Positions 1 to 10,224 are shown, counted from the stretch's first letter. The stretch is DNA of 57,064 nt from Candidatus Lloydbacteria bacterium RIFCSPHIGHO2_02_FULL_50_18 (GCA_001821395.1 MHLM01000010.1:1-57064), one strand, 5' to 3'. The notes: a model not told the origin generated them from the letters alone. Translations and numbers: made by a program.

Positions 1-3000
1 CCCGCATGCGCACCGGAATTGCGCGTTGTTGATGCCGCAAAATTCGCGGTCGTAGACCACTGGATCTCATACAACAAATCATCAGATTGCGGGTCTATTG
101 CCATGAATTCGAAGTATGGTGTGCGCGTCGCGATCTTTTGATTATCAAACGAAACGTACAATGTCGGCGTATCAACCTTATATCCCCACGAAATAGACCA
201 CTCGTTCACCACCTGAGTAGCAACGCTGAAATTAGCCTTGATGCGGAGAATCGGGTAATCCACGGGGTCGATACTGAGGAGTGACACGCCGGAGTTCGAG
301 AATCCTGCGCTATTTCCGGGAAGACTCGTATCGGGGACAAGTATCCATCCCGACGACGGAGAGGAATATTCGATCTGATAAAGCAGACTTCCTGATGGCT
401 CTCTGTCGTTCCACGTAAGCGAACCCCATACCGTCCCCGTCGTATGCAGCGCAAAATCGATCGCATCGGAATACGCCGTCGCGGTTGTTGACCCTACGTT
501 GACCACGATGGAATCGGTGGCATTCGCATTCGATCCATTGAACGTCGTCGCCGCCTGGAACTGATCGCGGGTCGTCTGATGCCATGTCGATATTGTTACC
601 GCAGTGTCAACGGTGAAGCTTTGCGCGCTATTCCAATCACTCCAGGTATTCGAATTGTTCGTATCCTTTGCGCGAATGCGCAACCAATACGTCGCACCAT
701 TCTGCAATGTACCGCTGACCGGCTTGAATTCGATGATATTTGCAGAGGTGAATGGTGCCTTATTCGTCGGATCGGTTATGTTGCTAAATAGTTCAGGGTT
801 GTTGATCGAGTCTGCATCAATGACCGATGAGGTGAAGGTTGCGGAGTATGATATTTGTATCTGATAATCGATATCGTTCGATTCTGTATCAGCCGAGCTG
901 AACTGAATGGACGGGGTTGTCGTTCCGATCTTTTCATACGAGAAGGGTGCCGCCTCGATCGGAATATTTGGTGCGGCATTGGTGAGTATCTGCGGATAGT
1001 TCGTATATGCATCAAGCGGCGTCCCGTCAGTCTCCACCATACGAAAACAGTAGAGCGTCGAAGACGTCGCCTGAAGTTGCTCGACGACCCAATCCCATTC
1101 TGCAAACCCGTCTTGAGCTATGAGATTAGGATTCACCGCCGAATTATTTTCCTCCACATAACTCTCCGCAACGGTTGACGAAGTAAGGAGGTAGGACGGG
1201 AGTGTTGCATTATGCGTCACGCTCGTATTGTTGTAACCGCGCCACGGCACACCCGTTGCACTCATCGCGGCAACGTCCGTCCAATTGAGTGCGGACGGAC
1301 AGTCATCTGCGGCAACATATTGCAACTTAAAGGCGACGCTACTCGTTGAGGTCGTTGCATTTGTTATCGCCAAGCTCATGCGGATACGCAGTCGGGTATT
1401 CGCGCTGATACTTTCTCCGGGCGTATTTATTTCGATATTCTCGTCATAATCACTTGCTCCCTGCGGCCACGGGTCGGTTGGAGTGATCGCATTTGTATTA
1501 TCGTAAAAGCGGAATGAATCTTGCGCGTAGACGGAAATACCGCTCAGACTTTTTGCAAATATCACATCGACATACGGTGGGAGCTGACTGTCGTCGGAAA
1601 AACCACTGATGTCAACCGTGTGCATATGTGCGGCACGAGCCTGTGCGTTCGCGGTGTTCGAACGATAGTCATTCAGATTATTTGCCACCCCCGTCACTGC
1701 TCCGTTGATGTTTGCATGGATATGAGAAGTCCCCCCACCGGTCGAGCCGTAGGTCGTCGACCCCTTCAAAAACTGACCGGCAAGCGCTCCTCCTGCATCC
1801 GAAACATTGACCCAACCCGCAGGTGGCGTATCGTCCCACATACCAATAAGATAATTCGGTGTCGACGATGCGACCGACATTCTGGCAAAAAGTACTTCGG
1901 TATACGGCGGCTCGTTGTTGACGACGTCAGTCGACGTCGCGGTCAATGTGTGCGTATGCGCAACATCGGTCGCGCCATTCGTCACACCGGTGCGCAAACG
2001 TAATCCTGATTGGGGAGGAGCCGAGGTGGTACCGGTCACTGCGTGACCATGCGTATTAGCGCCACCCGATGAGGTCACCGATGACTGGCTGCGAATATAG
2101 CGGCCGTCGAGCGGAGCATAGCGATACCAACCCGTCGGGAGCGACGATGAGGCGACATCGAACATGCCGATGGCTCCCGCAGGGATCGTTCCCGGATCAC
2201 CCGCAGATATCGACTTGATCACGCGCAGATCGCGGTAAAGCGGATAATTCGAGGAGGGAGCGATCGTTGGTGTAAGGGAGTGCGTATGTCCTATCGGAGC
2301 ATTAAGCGTACTCGCGGTCGAGTTTTCTCCGACACCTGTGGACGTAGTCAGATTGACTACGGCGATCGCGGTCGGTGTATGCGTTGCCGTTCCGCCGCCA
2401 AGGCCATTGTATGATGATGAACCCACCACGAGCTTCTCGAAGAACGGATCAATGGTAGCGCATGATACGCATAACCAGCCGGGAGGTAAAGCGCCCGCAC
2501 TGTCATAAAAGAGCATCATCTTTCCCGCAGCATCGGAAGCTATCTGCCATGCACGCAACTCAGTGAGATCGGCTCCCCCGTTCGTACTCTGCATCTCGAG
2601 AGGTCCGAGCAAATACAGATCAGGCGAGCGGTCCGGCGCATCAAAAATATACTGCAGGTCGATCGACCCGCCGGCGGGAAGCTTGACTGCCCATGTTGCG
2701 GTAAGAAACGAATGTTCGACATCTCCCCATTCGAGGTTGGCGTTCCCGCGATCAATGAACACAAAATCCCCCGGCACACGTTCAACGATATTACCCTCGA
2801 ATGCCTCGTTTGCCTGCACGCGGATCTTCATCGGATAGTGTGCAATCGGATAGATACGCGTCGGTCCCACACGCTCGATCGAATACGGCACGGTTGCTCT
2901 CACCTCAAAACTATCACTGACCTGGCTTGCGATATTTTGATCCTGATCAAAGCGTACAAGCTTGACCCGGTAAGTTCCTGTTGCCGCGGGCAGATATGTC

Positions 3001-6000
3001 GCAGCATAGTCCGGCACATCAATGACATTGTTCCCATCACAGAGACCGGACGGCGTGACCGACACTTCACTTTCAGCCCCGACCGTGTCCGTGACCCACA
3101 TCTTGAGTTGTGCATCGCAGATCGTATTACCATTATTCGACAGCGCACCGATGGAGATCACTGCGTTCTCTCCGGGGGTGAACATGCTCTTGTTGAAATT
3201 GATCGCGAGCACGCCCCAATAAAAATCGTATTCGTCGACGTAGGACTCCCCTCCCTCTTCAATCTCAACATGCAATGTATATTTTCCGGGACGTACGTTG
3301 CCGTGCGCATCACGGAGCGATACTGACCACTCATTATTGTCGCCGTAGCTGATATCGTAGTCGACGGGAATATCTCCCGCAACAACATGCTTGAGCACCA
3401 CGCGTGAAACCGTGAATGGCTTCACTCCAAACACGTCGCGCACCCCCTGCAGCAAACTGTTCGCCTGACGTTTGTACTTGAAAGTAAACGAAGGCATCTG
3501 TCGAATAGAGAACTCACGATCTTTCGAAAGCAGCGTATCGACATGATCTTTTTCACGACCATCAACGTCGACATCGAGCTTACGATGCTCTCCCGGAATG
3601 ACGAACTCCTCCCCGCCCATAGAGATATTGGGGTGGAGCGCCCCCGGCGTGCGCGTCATCTGCGGCGAGATAAGCGGAATGAGTCCGTAATGCCCACTTC
3701 CGTCGGTGCTCGCTTTCATGCTCGGAACAATGGCGGCGAGGAATGTCCGGGATATATCGCGAGAAAGGGAGCGCACAAAAGACCCCGCTGCAAACACCCC
3801 CTGCTCGGGTGTGATGAATGTTTTTCCCGGATATGCACCCCGCGCTGCACACGTTGAAGAAGCCATCAATCCTCCTTGAGAATTAAAGACACCGACGGCA
3901 AAAGCCTCCGCTCCGGGAGCACAGAGCACCGCGACACCGACGGCATCACTCGGGGAAATGTATGCGGATGCAAATTCCGTCTCGGGGAGCGCGCTCGTAA
4001 GATCGTCGCGAGACACGTCGACAAGACCTATCGCAGTACTTGCATCCATGACGCGAACGGCATCAGCCAAAAGTCCGCCCCCGGCTGCGCAATGGTTGAG
4101 GTTCACGCTCGACCCTGCTCTCCGTCCGTCAATATTTTGGCGTGCCTCATTTCCGCACGCGATCGTGAGTGCGGTTGCATCATCCCCGATACCAATGACA
4201 CTTTTCCCGACCTGAAAACCGTAGAGGTCTTCCATCGTAGCGGGATAGAGCGACGCTGATAAGGACTGTGCATTCGTTCCGAGTACGGCGATCATTCCCT
4301 GCGTTCCCGTGAGTGAGATACTGTCGGAAAGAGTGACTCCTCGCATGACGATAGACCCTTCGACCGGGTCAAGGATCGCGGGACCATCGGGAAGATCGAG
4401 CTCTGCATGAGTGACCTCTCCACCCGTTGTACCAAGTGCAAGTTCGCGTTCACCCCCGATACCGGGTATCACGAAATCATCGCCCAGATACCCCGTCGGA
4501 ACGAACGTAGCGTTCGCACCGGGCGCTTCGATGGAAGCGGTGATCGGACCGTCTGCGGATACGACGGTACCCGGCTTCATTCCGTCAAAAAGCGCACTTT
4601 CTCCGTATTTGAGGACAACTTCCGGTTTGCCGGGAACGCTGACGCGCACATGGTCATCGAGTGCTATGACATGAAGCGTCATGTCCGACTGACTACCCCC
4701 GAAAATGAGACCGCGCGGCGCGGGGAGAGCACTGCGGAACGGCGCAGCGGGATCAGAACGCGACGTCGTCGTTGCATAACCGTAATACATCGCGATCGTT
4801 GTTGATGTCCCCAATCCTTTTTCGTTCACCCGAACCCATGCCGAACCGGAGCGTGTCGTACTGTCAAAGCGAGATACCCAATATGGCAGCTCGGTTCCAC
4901 TCTCTTCATCGACGAAGCGAATGTCACTTCCGTCGCTCGCAATATGCTTCCAAAAATCAGGAGAAGCATCGTCAAGTGAAATAGGGACGGCAAATGTACC
5001 CGTAGCGGTCACGTTGCTATTGTCGATGGAGATGTGCGTGCGATAATTCCACGAACCATCCCACTCTGCCCTCACCAATCCGTATGCGCCCGACTGTGCA
5101 GCAGCCTCGACAAAAAAATCTCCGCGACCGTTCAACGGTACGGCGATGTCAGCGCGGAAGTACGCGGTAGCCCCAGGCTGGATCACCACCGAGTCAGCAA
5201 GATTCGCGATGGGAGCGATAACTGAGGGAATGATGTCCGGAGGCAGCTGGTTCAACAACAGGTCTATTGCTTTTGCAAAAAGCCCCTCAGTGTCCGAGAT
5301 CGCACCCGGCAGAAGTGCTTCATCTTCCCATCCGTCACGATATTCAGTACCTTCAGTGAGCCCGACGCGTGCACCGGCAGTGATACAGTTCGTGCGATCA
5401 TCATTGAGCCGATCACACGAGCGCACTTCATCGCTTGTGGCGCAGTGAAATGCCGTCGATGATGTTCCCACGGTCCAACCCGTATCACAAAAATATCCGA
5501 CATCATCGTACCGAAGCTGCCCCACCTTGTAGGGAACATTGTGCACGAATCGGGAAAGCGCACGCACACTTGCTCCTTCTGTCGGGAAATGAAACTGGAG
5601 CCGAACCACCTGCGGATCAGGACTCTCGTTGGTCACATTCACATAGGTACGACCTTCACCAAGTGCATCATAGATATTCTTGTCGGTCTTCACCGAAAGT
5701 ATCGCACCCTCGTACTCTTGTGCATTAACGAAAGCGAGTGCTTCGCCGTCAGGGAGCGTCAGCTGATCACGACGTGCCTTTCGCGCCTCGGCATCTTTAG
5801 CCGCGAGGGCGCTGCGCACGTTCATTCCCGAAAGAGCAACTTCCTCGGGTGACGCATCGACGATCGCATCGTTCGCGTATCGCGCATTGATCCAAATGCC
5901 GTCGACATACGCGGATGCATCAGCATCGCTGGTGCGGTCATATTCAACGACAACCTTGAGGTCAGTCAGATCCTCCCAATCGCCAATATCCGAAAGTTCA

Positions 6001-7100
6001 TATTTCAGGTAACTTCCGCGGTTTCCATTCGAGATGTCACCGCGCAACTCCGTGGCACCAAGAAATTGCCAATGCCCCGCATGATACGCACGGACGAGCA
6101 CGCGATCATACTCCCCCGACGTGAATGCTCCTCGTCCCGCGAGCGAAAGTTCCAGTGTCGCTCCAAGGAGCGGATTCTTGTCGAGCGCACCGCCCAATCC
6201 AAAACCATCGTACTCCATGACGTGACACGTTTTGCCGAGTGTAGTGCAGAGCGCTACCGTGTATGGGTCTGCACTTTCAACGGTCGGAATATTCGTGATC
6301 TTCGGAGTTTCCGTTCCACTCGTCGCGACGTCCGTTCCGGATGCACTGTTAAGATCGATCACTTCAAGTGACGATGTTGCTCCATCGCCGTCCGTTCTGC
6401 CCGATGCGAGCGGTGGCACTGAAAGCGAACCGATCCCGCTCGAAATAAATTTGTCCGTAATGGGCAGAGGAGCAGATGCATCGTTCACCTCCGCGATCGT
6501 ACTCGTTGGAACCTCAAGAGCAAGAGCAGAACGAGGATCCGACACGCGAGAAAGGAATTCGAACATTGCTCGGTCAAGCCTTGATTGGATACTGCTTGAG
6601 GCGATCTGTTCCATGCTCGGTATCGGAAGCAGTGTCGGCGTCTCAATGTTCAACCCCGATGGAACGAATGAATCGGGAAATTGCGATGAGATGATCGGTG
6701 TCGATGTCGCGACGGGAGACACCTCTTCAGGGATGACTTCAGGAGTGAACGCAGGAACAAGCGAGGTATCTATCGATACCGCGGGTAGCACATTTTCCGA
6801 TAACCCGTTCGTTGATGTCGCAGCGAGCGTACTCGTTGAGGCCCGAGTACCGTAAAATACTTGTGCGGAATTCTCATGTGTAAAATCAGCAAGCTCTGCA
6901 TCCGGAGAAAGATCCTGCATGAGCGACGCTTCATCACTCTCCCAGCCGTCACTCATGAGAGCGCTCGGAAAGATGTATACATTCGCCTCTTTTTCCGCGA
7001 GCACAAATTGCGTAAATGCCCACGATATCCCGATGAGCAGCAGTGCACCAAAAACGATACGCGCGCGTAGAGAAAAAGAGCTATTGAGCCGCCGCAACAT
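1..7100 (-). CDS. Giant secreted/surface protein, partial (ATG at 7100-7098; C-terminus beyond window start). N-terminus MLRRLNSSFSLRARIVFGALLLIGISW is a signal peptide/anchor. Contains repeated phage-tail-collar-like modules with HxH motifs.
   Basis: Hand translation confirmed the frame is open at 7100-7020, ~3000-2940 and ~2340-2210. All reported minus-strand ORFs in 1..7144 lie in other frames and are Arg-rich (wrong-frame signature). No ORF in the track terminates in this frame, so it runs off the edge. Repeats such as STASTLNAPIGHTHSL and GAIGMFDVASSSLPTGWY (about 2290-2130) resemble the tail-collar consensus (GxIxMF...PxGW...TxTL...PxHxH). Confidence 0.6.
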   Translation of the reverse strand, partial: MLRRLNSSFSLRARIVFGALLLIGISWAFTQFVLAEKEANVYIFPSALMSDGWESDEASLMQDLSPDAELADFTHENSAQVFYGTRASTSTLAATSTNGLSENVLPAVSIDTSLVPAFTPEVIPEEVSPVATSTPIISSQFPDSFVPSGLNIETPTLLPIPSMEQIASSSIQSRLDRAMFEFLSRVSDPRSALALEVPTSTIAEVNDASAPLPITDKFISSGIGSLSVPPLASGRTDGDGATSSLEVIDLNSASGTDVATSGTETPKITNIPTVESADPYTVALCTTLGKTCHVMEYDGFGLGGALDKNPLLGATLELSLAGRGAFTSGEYDRVLVRAYHAGHWQFLGATELRGDISNGNRGSYLKYELSDIGDWEDLTDLKVVVEYDRTSDADASAYVDGIWINARYANDAIVDASPEEVALSGMNVRSALAAKDAEARKARRDQLTLPDGEALAFVNAQEYEGAILSVKTDKNIYDALGEGRTYVNVTNESPDPQVVRLQFHFPTEGASVRALSRFVHNVPYKVGQLRYDDVGYFCDTGWTVGTSSTAFHCATSDEVRSCDRLNDDRTNCITAGARVGLTEGTEYRDGWEDEALLPGAISDTEGLFAKAIDLLLNQLPPDIIPSVIAPIANLADSVVIQPGATAYFRADIAVPLNGRGDFFVEAAAQSGAYGLVRAEWDGSWNYRTHISIDNSNVTATGTFAVPISLDDASPDFWKHIASDGSDIRFVDEESGTELPYWVSRFDSTTRSGSAWVRVNEKGLGTSTTIAMYYGYATTTSRSDPAAPFRSALPAPRGLIFGGSQSDMTLHVIALDDHVRVSVPGKPEVVLKYGESALFDGMKPGTVVSADGPITASIEAPGANATFVPTGYLGDDFVIPGIGGERELALGTTGGEVTHAELDLPDGPAILDPVEGSIVMRGVTLSDSISLTGTQGMIAVLGTNAQSLSASLYPATMEDLYGFQVGKSVIGIGDDATALTIACGNEARQNIDGRRAGSSVNLNHCAAGGGLLADAVRVMDASTAIGLVDVSRDDLTSALPETEFASAYISPSDAVGVAVLCAPGAEAFAVGVFNSQGGLMASSTCAARGAYPGKTFITPEQGVFAAGSFVRSLSRDISRTFLAAIVPSMKASTDGSGHYGLIPLISPQMTRTPGALHPNISMGGEEFVIPGEHRKLDVDVDGREKDHVDTLLSKDREFSIRQMPSFTFKYKRQANSLLQGVRDVFGVKPFTVSRVVLKHVVAGDIPVDYDISYGDNNEWSVSLRDAHGNVRPGKYTLHVEIEEGGESYVDEYDFYWGVLAINFNKSMFTPGENAVISIGALSNNGNTICDAQLKMWVTDTVGAESEVSVTPSGLCDGNNVIDVPDYAATYLPAATGTYRVKLVRFDQDQNIASQVSDSFEVRATVPYSIERVGPTRIYPIAHYPMKIRVQANEAFEGNIVERVPGDFVFIDRGNANLEWGDVEHSFLTATWAVKLPAGGSIDLQYIFDAPDRSPDLYLLGPLEMQSTNGGADLTELRAWQIASDAAGKMMLFYDSAGALPPGWLCVSCATIDPFFEKLVVGSSSYNGLGGGTATHTPTAIAVVNLTTSTGVGENSTASTLNAPIGHTHSLTPTIAPSSNYPLYRDLRVIKSISAGDPGTIPAGAIGMFDVASSSLPTGWYRYAPLDGRYIRSQSSVTSSGGANTHGHAVTGTTSAPPQSGLRLRTGVTNGATDVAHTHTLTATSTDVVNNEPPYTEVLFARMSVASSTPNYLIGMWDDTPPAGWVNVSDAGGALAGQFLKGSTTYGSTGGGTSHIHANINGAVTGVANNLNDYRSNTANAQARAAHMHTVDISGFSDDSQLPPYVDVIFAKSLSGISVYAQDSFRFYDNTNAITPTDPWPQGASDYDENIEINTPGESISANTRLRIRMSLAITNATTSTSSVAFKLQYVAADDCPSALNWTDVAAMSATGVPWRGYNNTSVTHNATLPSYLLTSSTVAESYVEENNSAVNPNLIAQDGFAEWDWVVEQLQATSSTLYCFRMVETDGTPLDAYTNYPQILTNAAPNIPIEAAPFSYEKIGTTTPSIQFSSADTESNDIDYQIQISYSATFTSSVIDADSINNPELFSNITDPTNKAPFTSANIIEFKPVSGTLQNGATYWLRIRAKDTNNSNTWSDWNSAQSFTVDTAVTISTWHQTTRDQFQAATTFNGSNANATDSIVVNVGSTTATAYSDAIDFALHTTGTVWGSLTWNDREPSGSLLYQIEYSSPSSGWILVPDTSLPGNSAGFSNSGVSLLSIDPVDYPILRIKANFSVATQVVNEWSISWGYKVDTPTLYVSFDNQKIATRTPYFEFMAIDPQSDDLLYEIQWSTTANFAASTTRNSGAHA

Positions 7101-7414
7101 GAATGTAAATCGATTGTGCATGAAACAAAATACCAGTCCTCCAACGGGATCGGTTATGCTGTGTATTTTACCAAAAAATGGCTAAAAATGGTGTTATTTC
7201 TACGCAATAATGAGCAGTGAACAGTGGCTCAACCGCACCACATTTGCTCTATGGTAAAAGTTTTCCACAGGTTAGTCTCCGTCGTGCGTCTTCTTCATTT
7301 TTTGATTGACAAATTTTTCATTGGATGATAGAAAGTGCAAGGATTTTTCTATCTTGAAAAGGCGCTACCGTGGTACAAAAAATATTGGCACGTGCAACCG
7401 TATCAGAGGCATCA

Positions 7415-7759
7415 ATGATGTCCGTACTGTCGATCTTTTTCGTTTTTCCGCTACTTTTTTTGAGCAATTGGTTCCTCGGCAAAAGAGGTTTGACACTCGC
7501 CATGAGTGACGCGGTGCTCGTCTGGACTTTGGCAATGGCGATTACGCACTCCTTGTTCTCACCGGTATCGTATACCGGGATTCTTGTTGCAGTTGCAGAA
7601 TCATTCGGGTACACCGTAGCGTTCAGTCTTGTTTACTGGCCGCTACCCAAACTTGAAGTATTGCTTATCTTCATTATTTTCGGTGTGGTGTCTTACTGCT
7701 TTGGACTCCTGCGCATCAAGCGCCTCAAGAAAAAAGGTTACGTAGAAAAAATAGCCTGA
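7415..7759 (+). CDS. Small hydrophobic membrane protein (hypothetical). The ORF-track start at 7370 is GTG; the ATG at 7415 is preceded by an AGAGG SD.
   Basis: ORF-track entry 7370..7759 has 3-4 predicted TM helices. An internal ATGATG at 7415 follows a Shine-Dalgarno (cagaggc). No family recognised. Confidence 0.4.
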   Translation: MMSVLSIFFVFPLLFLSNWFLGKRGLTLAMSDAVLVWTLAMAITHSLFSPVSYTGILVAVAESFGYTVAFSLVYWPLPKLEVLLIFIIFGVVSYCFGLLRIKRLKKKGYVEKIA

Positions 7760-7767
7760 CTAAAAAC

Positions 7768-7798
7768 AAACGCCATCCGGAACGGACGGCGTTTTTTT
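7768..7798 (+). terminator. Rho-independent terminator after the 7415..7759 gene
   Basis: GC-rich hairpin aacgccatccgg aac ggacggcgtt followed by TTTTTTT, 9 nt after the TGA at 7757-7759. Confidence 0.55.
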
Positions 7799-7912
7799 AT
7801 CCACATTTTTCAAACCCTACACCACACCGATCTCTTTAACGTGGGCATTCTTCATTAGAAAAACCTGCACATTAAAACATCCACAAAATCAGTACTACGC
7901 GTAGTAAAATTT

Positions 7913-7982
7913 CCAAATTGAGGTGCACCACAAGAGAACTTCATTTTTCTAAAACGGATTACCGTTAAGAAAAATTGGTCGC
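7913..7982. repeat. Intergenic repeat module A, copy 1 (contains the AACGG-ATTA-CCGTT hairpin); second copy at 17087..17151
   Basis: About 65 bp, ~85% identical to 17087..17151 (tgcaccac...acttcatttttctaa[a/g]acgg..taccgttaagaaaaattggtcgc). The stem ACGG/CCGT is conserved and the loop differs (atta vs ggta). Confidence 0.5.
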
Positions 7983-8060
7983 GATGCGAGGCAAAACAAG
8001 AGCACAAAAGTAAACTACGATAAAAGCTTTCACAATTTGGATGCGATTCGGCAAGTGCGC

Positions 8061-8162
8061 AATTTGGGATGAGCTGCGAGGCGACAAGGGGTGCGATGTC
8101 CGAGTGGACATACGTTGAGTATGTTCACCGGACTCGATCCCGCAGACAAAAAAGCAGATCGC
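8061..8162. repeat. Intergenic repeat module B, copy 1 (15-bp-stem hairpin GTCCGAGTGGACATAC/GTATGTTCACCGGAC); second copy at 17423..17523
   Basis: About 100 bp, >90% identical to 17423..17523 (gggatgagctgcgaggcgacaagggg.gcgatgtccgagtggacatac.ttgagtatgttcaccggactcg.tcc.cgcag...aagcagatcgc). Lies in non-coding DNA between convergent genes. Confidence 0.55.
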
Positions 8163-8178
8163 ACAAATTGCGTGCTTG

Positions 8179-9702
8179 CTACATGAGGAGCTTGCGGACG
8201 TCTTCCGCCTCTTTCGATATCAGCTCCTCCGAAAGATCGATCGCTTCATTGATGTTTTCCATGACCTCTCTGTCTTGAGCAGAAGGGTTCGGTTTTTGAA
8301 ATAAAGCTCCTGCCTGCTCCCCTATCTCCTCACGGAGTGCTGCAAAAATATTTCCCAAACTATCGCGGAGTTCATCCGCCTCACGTTTAGTGAGATACTT
8401 CTCTTTCCGAAACGCTTTTCGCTCATACCATAAATATCCGATCAGGAACGCAACAAGCGCAATAAGGAAAATGTTAGCGATAAGCGACCAGTCTGTTGGC
8501 TTTGGCGTATCGTCAACGGCGGCTTTTGCCGTCGCGGAAGGAACCTCTCCTTCGATCATAAACTTGCCGTCTACAGGAGTGTAATTCCCCGCTTTGTCAT
8601 AAGCCTTGAGCGTGGCGGAGTGCTCACCGGGTGTCTGGTTCGCTAGTGTATATTCACCATCTTTGATCTCGGCTAAGAGTATCTTTATCGGATTTCCCGC
8701 ATCAATGACAACTTCATAACGATCGATCCCCGACATCGTATCGGTTGCGGAGAATTTCATCTTTACATCGGTAGAAGAAGCGGGGACGGTAATATCCAGC
8801 GTGAATTCCGGTGGTGGCGTCTTGTCGACCATGATCTTTTTGTGCGTCACCGGACCCCAACCTCCTTCATTTTGATACTTCAAATGAAAGTACATCACCC
8901 CGTCGGTGAGTTGATCGAACTCCTTTTCATTGATCGCCGGATCGTAGCTCGTCTTAGGATCGGTCTTGGCACTCTTGTCGAGATCCATGCGCACGACCAT
9001 CACATCTGGCGGCAACTCCCACAAGAACCTTGCTTTGGGCGCATTGTAGTAAAGAGCCTCATCAGGATGAGATGTAGAAGTAACGTCCGGAGCTTCAGGT
9101 TTCGGTCCTAATGAGCCTACGTCGCCGCCCGAAGGAGCGGGAGGTGGTGGGGTGTTACTTGGAGCGGAGGCTGACACCGTATATGTGGCAATGCTTTTTG
9201 TACTTAAAATATCCGTACCTTTTCCGTCCGCCGCAAGTACAGAGCCCGTCGTGAAGGTGACATCGCTTTTCCCTTCTTTGACCCCCTTCAACGTGATGGT
9301 CAATATGGTCTTCTTTCCGGTAAGCCCGATCGTTCCCCCTCCGCCAAAGCTCAGTTTTCCTTCAGCGTTAGCAATGGTCGGCTCTTCCGGCCAGAATGAG
9401 AATGCTGAACTTGCCTTCGAGACACTTTCGAATGAAAGAATATTCTTATCAAAATTGATGACGGCATTCGCCGAGTTGAATGGTGCCGGCGACTCAACTG
9501 CAACAGTCACCGTAAGCGTCTTCCCTACCCCCATCGTTCCCGAAGGTGGACTGAACGAAAGCACCGCGCCCGTCGTCTGCACTTCTCCCGCCTGTTGCGC
9601 GAAAAGAATGCCCGGCGTACCGATGACCGCAAGTACGCAAAGGAAAATTCCAATAAGGCGTCTAGTAAGTGAGCGATGCATAAAGGTATGGCGGAGGAAC
9701 AT
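8179..9702 (-). CDS. Membrane-anchored surface protein: signal peptide, cohesin-like beta-sandwich domain, Pro-rich linker, C-terminal TM anchor, cytoplasmic coiled tail
   Basis: The ORF-track start at 9708 is GTG; ATGs at 9702 and 9681 both give MHRSLTRRLIGIFLCVLAV-type signal peptides. The N-terminal region GKTLTVTVAVESPAPFNSANAVINFDKNILSF...GKLSFGGGG...ILTITLKGVKEGKSDVTF matches the cohesin pattern. C-terminal hydrophobic stretch WSLIANIFLIALVAFLIGYLWY. Confidence 0.55.
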   Translation of the reverse strand: MFLRHTFMHRSLTRRLIGIFLCVLAVIGTPGILFAQQAGEVQTTGAVLSFSPPSGTMGVGKTLTVTVAVESPAPFNSANAVINFDKNILSFESVSKASSAFSFWPEEPTIANAEGKLSFGGGGTIGLTGKKTILTITLKGVKEGKSDVTFTTGSVLAADGKGTDILSTKSIATYTVSASAPSNTPPPPAPSGGDVGSLGPKPEAPDVTSTSHPDEALYYNAPKARFLWELPPDVMVVRMDLDKSAKTDPKTSYDPAINEKEFDQLTDGVMYFHLKYQNEGGWGPVTHKKIMVDKTPPPEFTLDITVPASSTDVKMKFSATDTMSGIDRYEVVIDAGNPIKILLAEIKDGEYTLANQTPGEHSATLKAYDKAGNYTPVDGKFMIEGEVPSATAKAAVDDTPKPTDWSLIANIFLIALVAFLIGYLWYERKAFRKEKYLTKREADELRDSLGNIFAALREEIGEQAGALFQKPNPSAQDREVMENINEAIDLSEELISKEAEDVRKLLM

Positions 9703-9708
9703 GGGCAC

Positions 9709-10224
9709 CTAGGTGGCGGAATCTACCCGCTCAACATGCATGCGCATCTTGTTTGCACTGTGACCCTTGAGCGGCAAATGAAGGACAAGGACACCGTCCT
9801 TTACTTTCGCTTGTGCGGCAGCTGCATCGACTTCTTGAGGAAGAATGATCTGTCTGAAAAATTTTCCCCATGCGCATTCTTCAAGAGTGAACCCGTCATG
9901 CTCTTCATCTTTGGATTGTACGCCCTGATTGATCGGTAGACTGCCTTCTCCCATGTGCGGCATAAGGTCCTCAGGCCGACGTGAGGTACCCTGGATCGTG
10001 ATGACATCATTGTCCCCTTCGATCGACACATCAATATCCTTGATCTCCGTTCCCGGCACCTGGGCATAGATCGTGATCTCAGTATCACCTTGTTCTACGT
10101 CGACCGGAAGCTGTGTCACGCCGGAAGGAATTTCCGACTTCGCAGGAAGATTAGCCGAGGAAACAGCATGGTCCTCCGAAACTCCGATTCCCTTCCCTTT
10201 GAGCTTTTGTAAAAAAGAACTCAT
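9709..10224 (-). CDS. Hsp20/alpha-crystallin family small heat-shock protein
   Basis: The alpha-crystallin core WGKFFRQIILPQEVD...AKVKDGVLVLHLPL is diagnostic of small HSPs. 171 aa. Confidence 0.85.
   Translation of the reverse strand: MSSFLQKLKGKGIGVSEDHAVSSANLPAKSEIPSGVTQLPVDVEQGDTEITIYAQVPGTEIKDIDVSIEGDNDVITIQGTSRRPEDLMPHMGEGSLPINQGVQSKDEEHDGFTLEECAWGKFFRQIILPQEVDAAAAQAKVKDGVLVLHLPLKGHSANKMRMHVERVDSAT

Noticed and set aside
87-7144. About 40 short (60-207 aa) ORF-track entries on both strands in the first 7 kb
   Set aside because: They are Arg/Cys-rich, overlap one another, and all lie out of frame with the single open minus-strand frame that begins at 7100. They are wrong-frame artefacts of the giant gene.
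8058-8165. Module B as a tRNA, tmRNA or other known RNA (it contains a ccgagtgg D-loop-like string)
   Set aside because: No cloverleaf can be drawn, no T-loop GTTCRANYC and no CCA context were found, and there is no tmRNA tag-ORF or pseudoknot signature. It is kept as an unclassified repeat.
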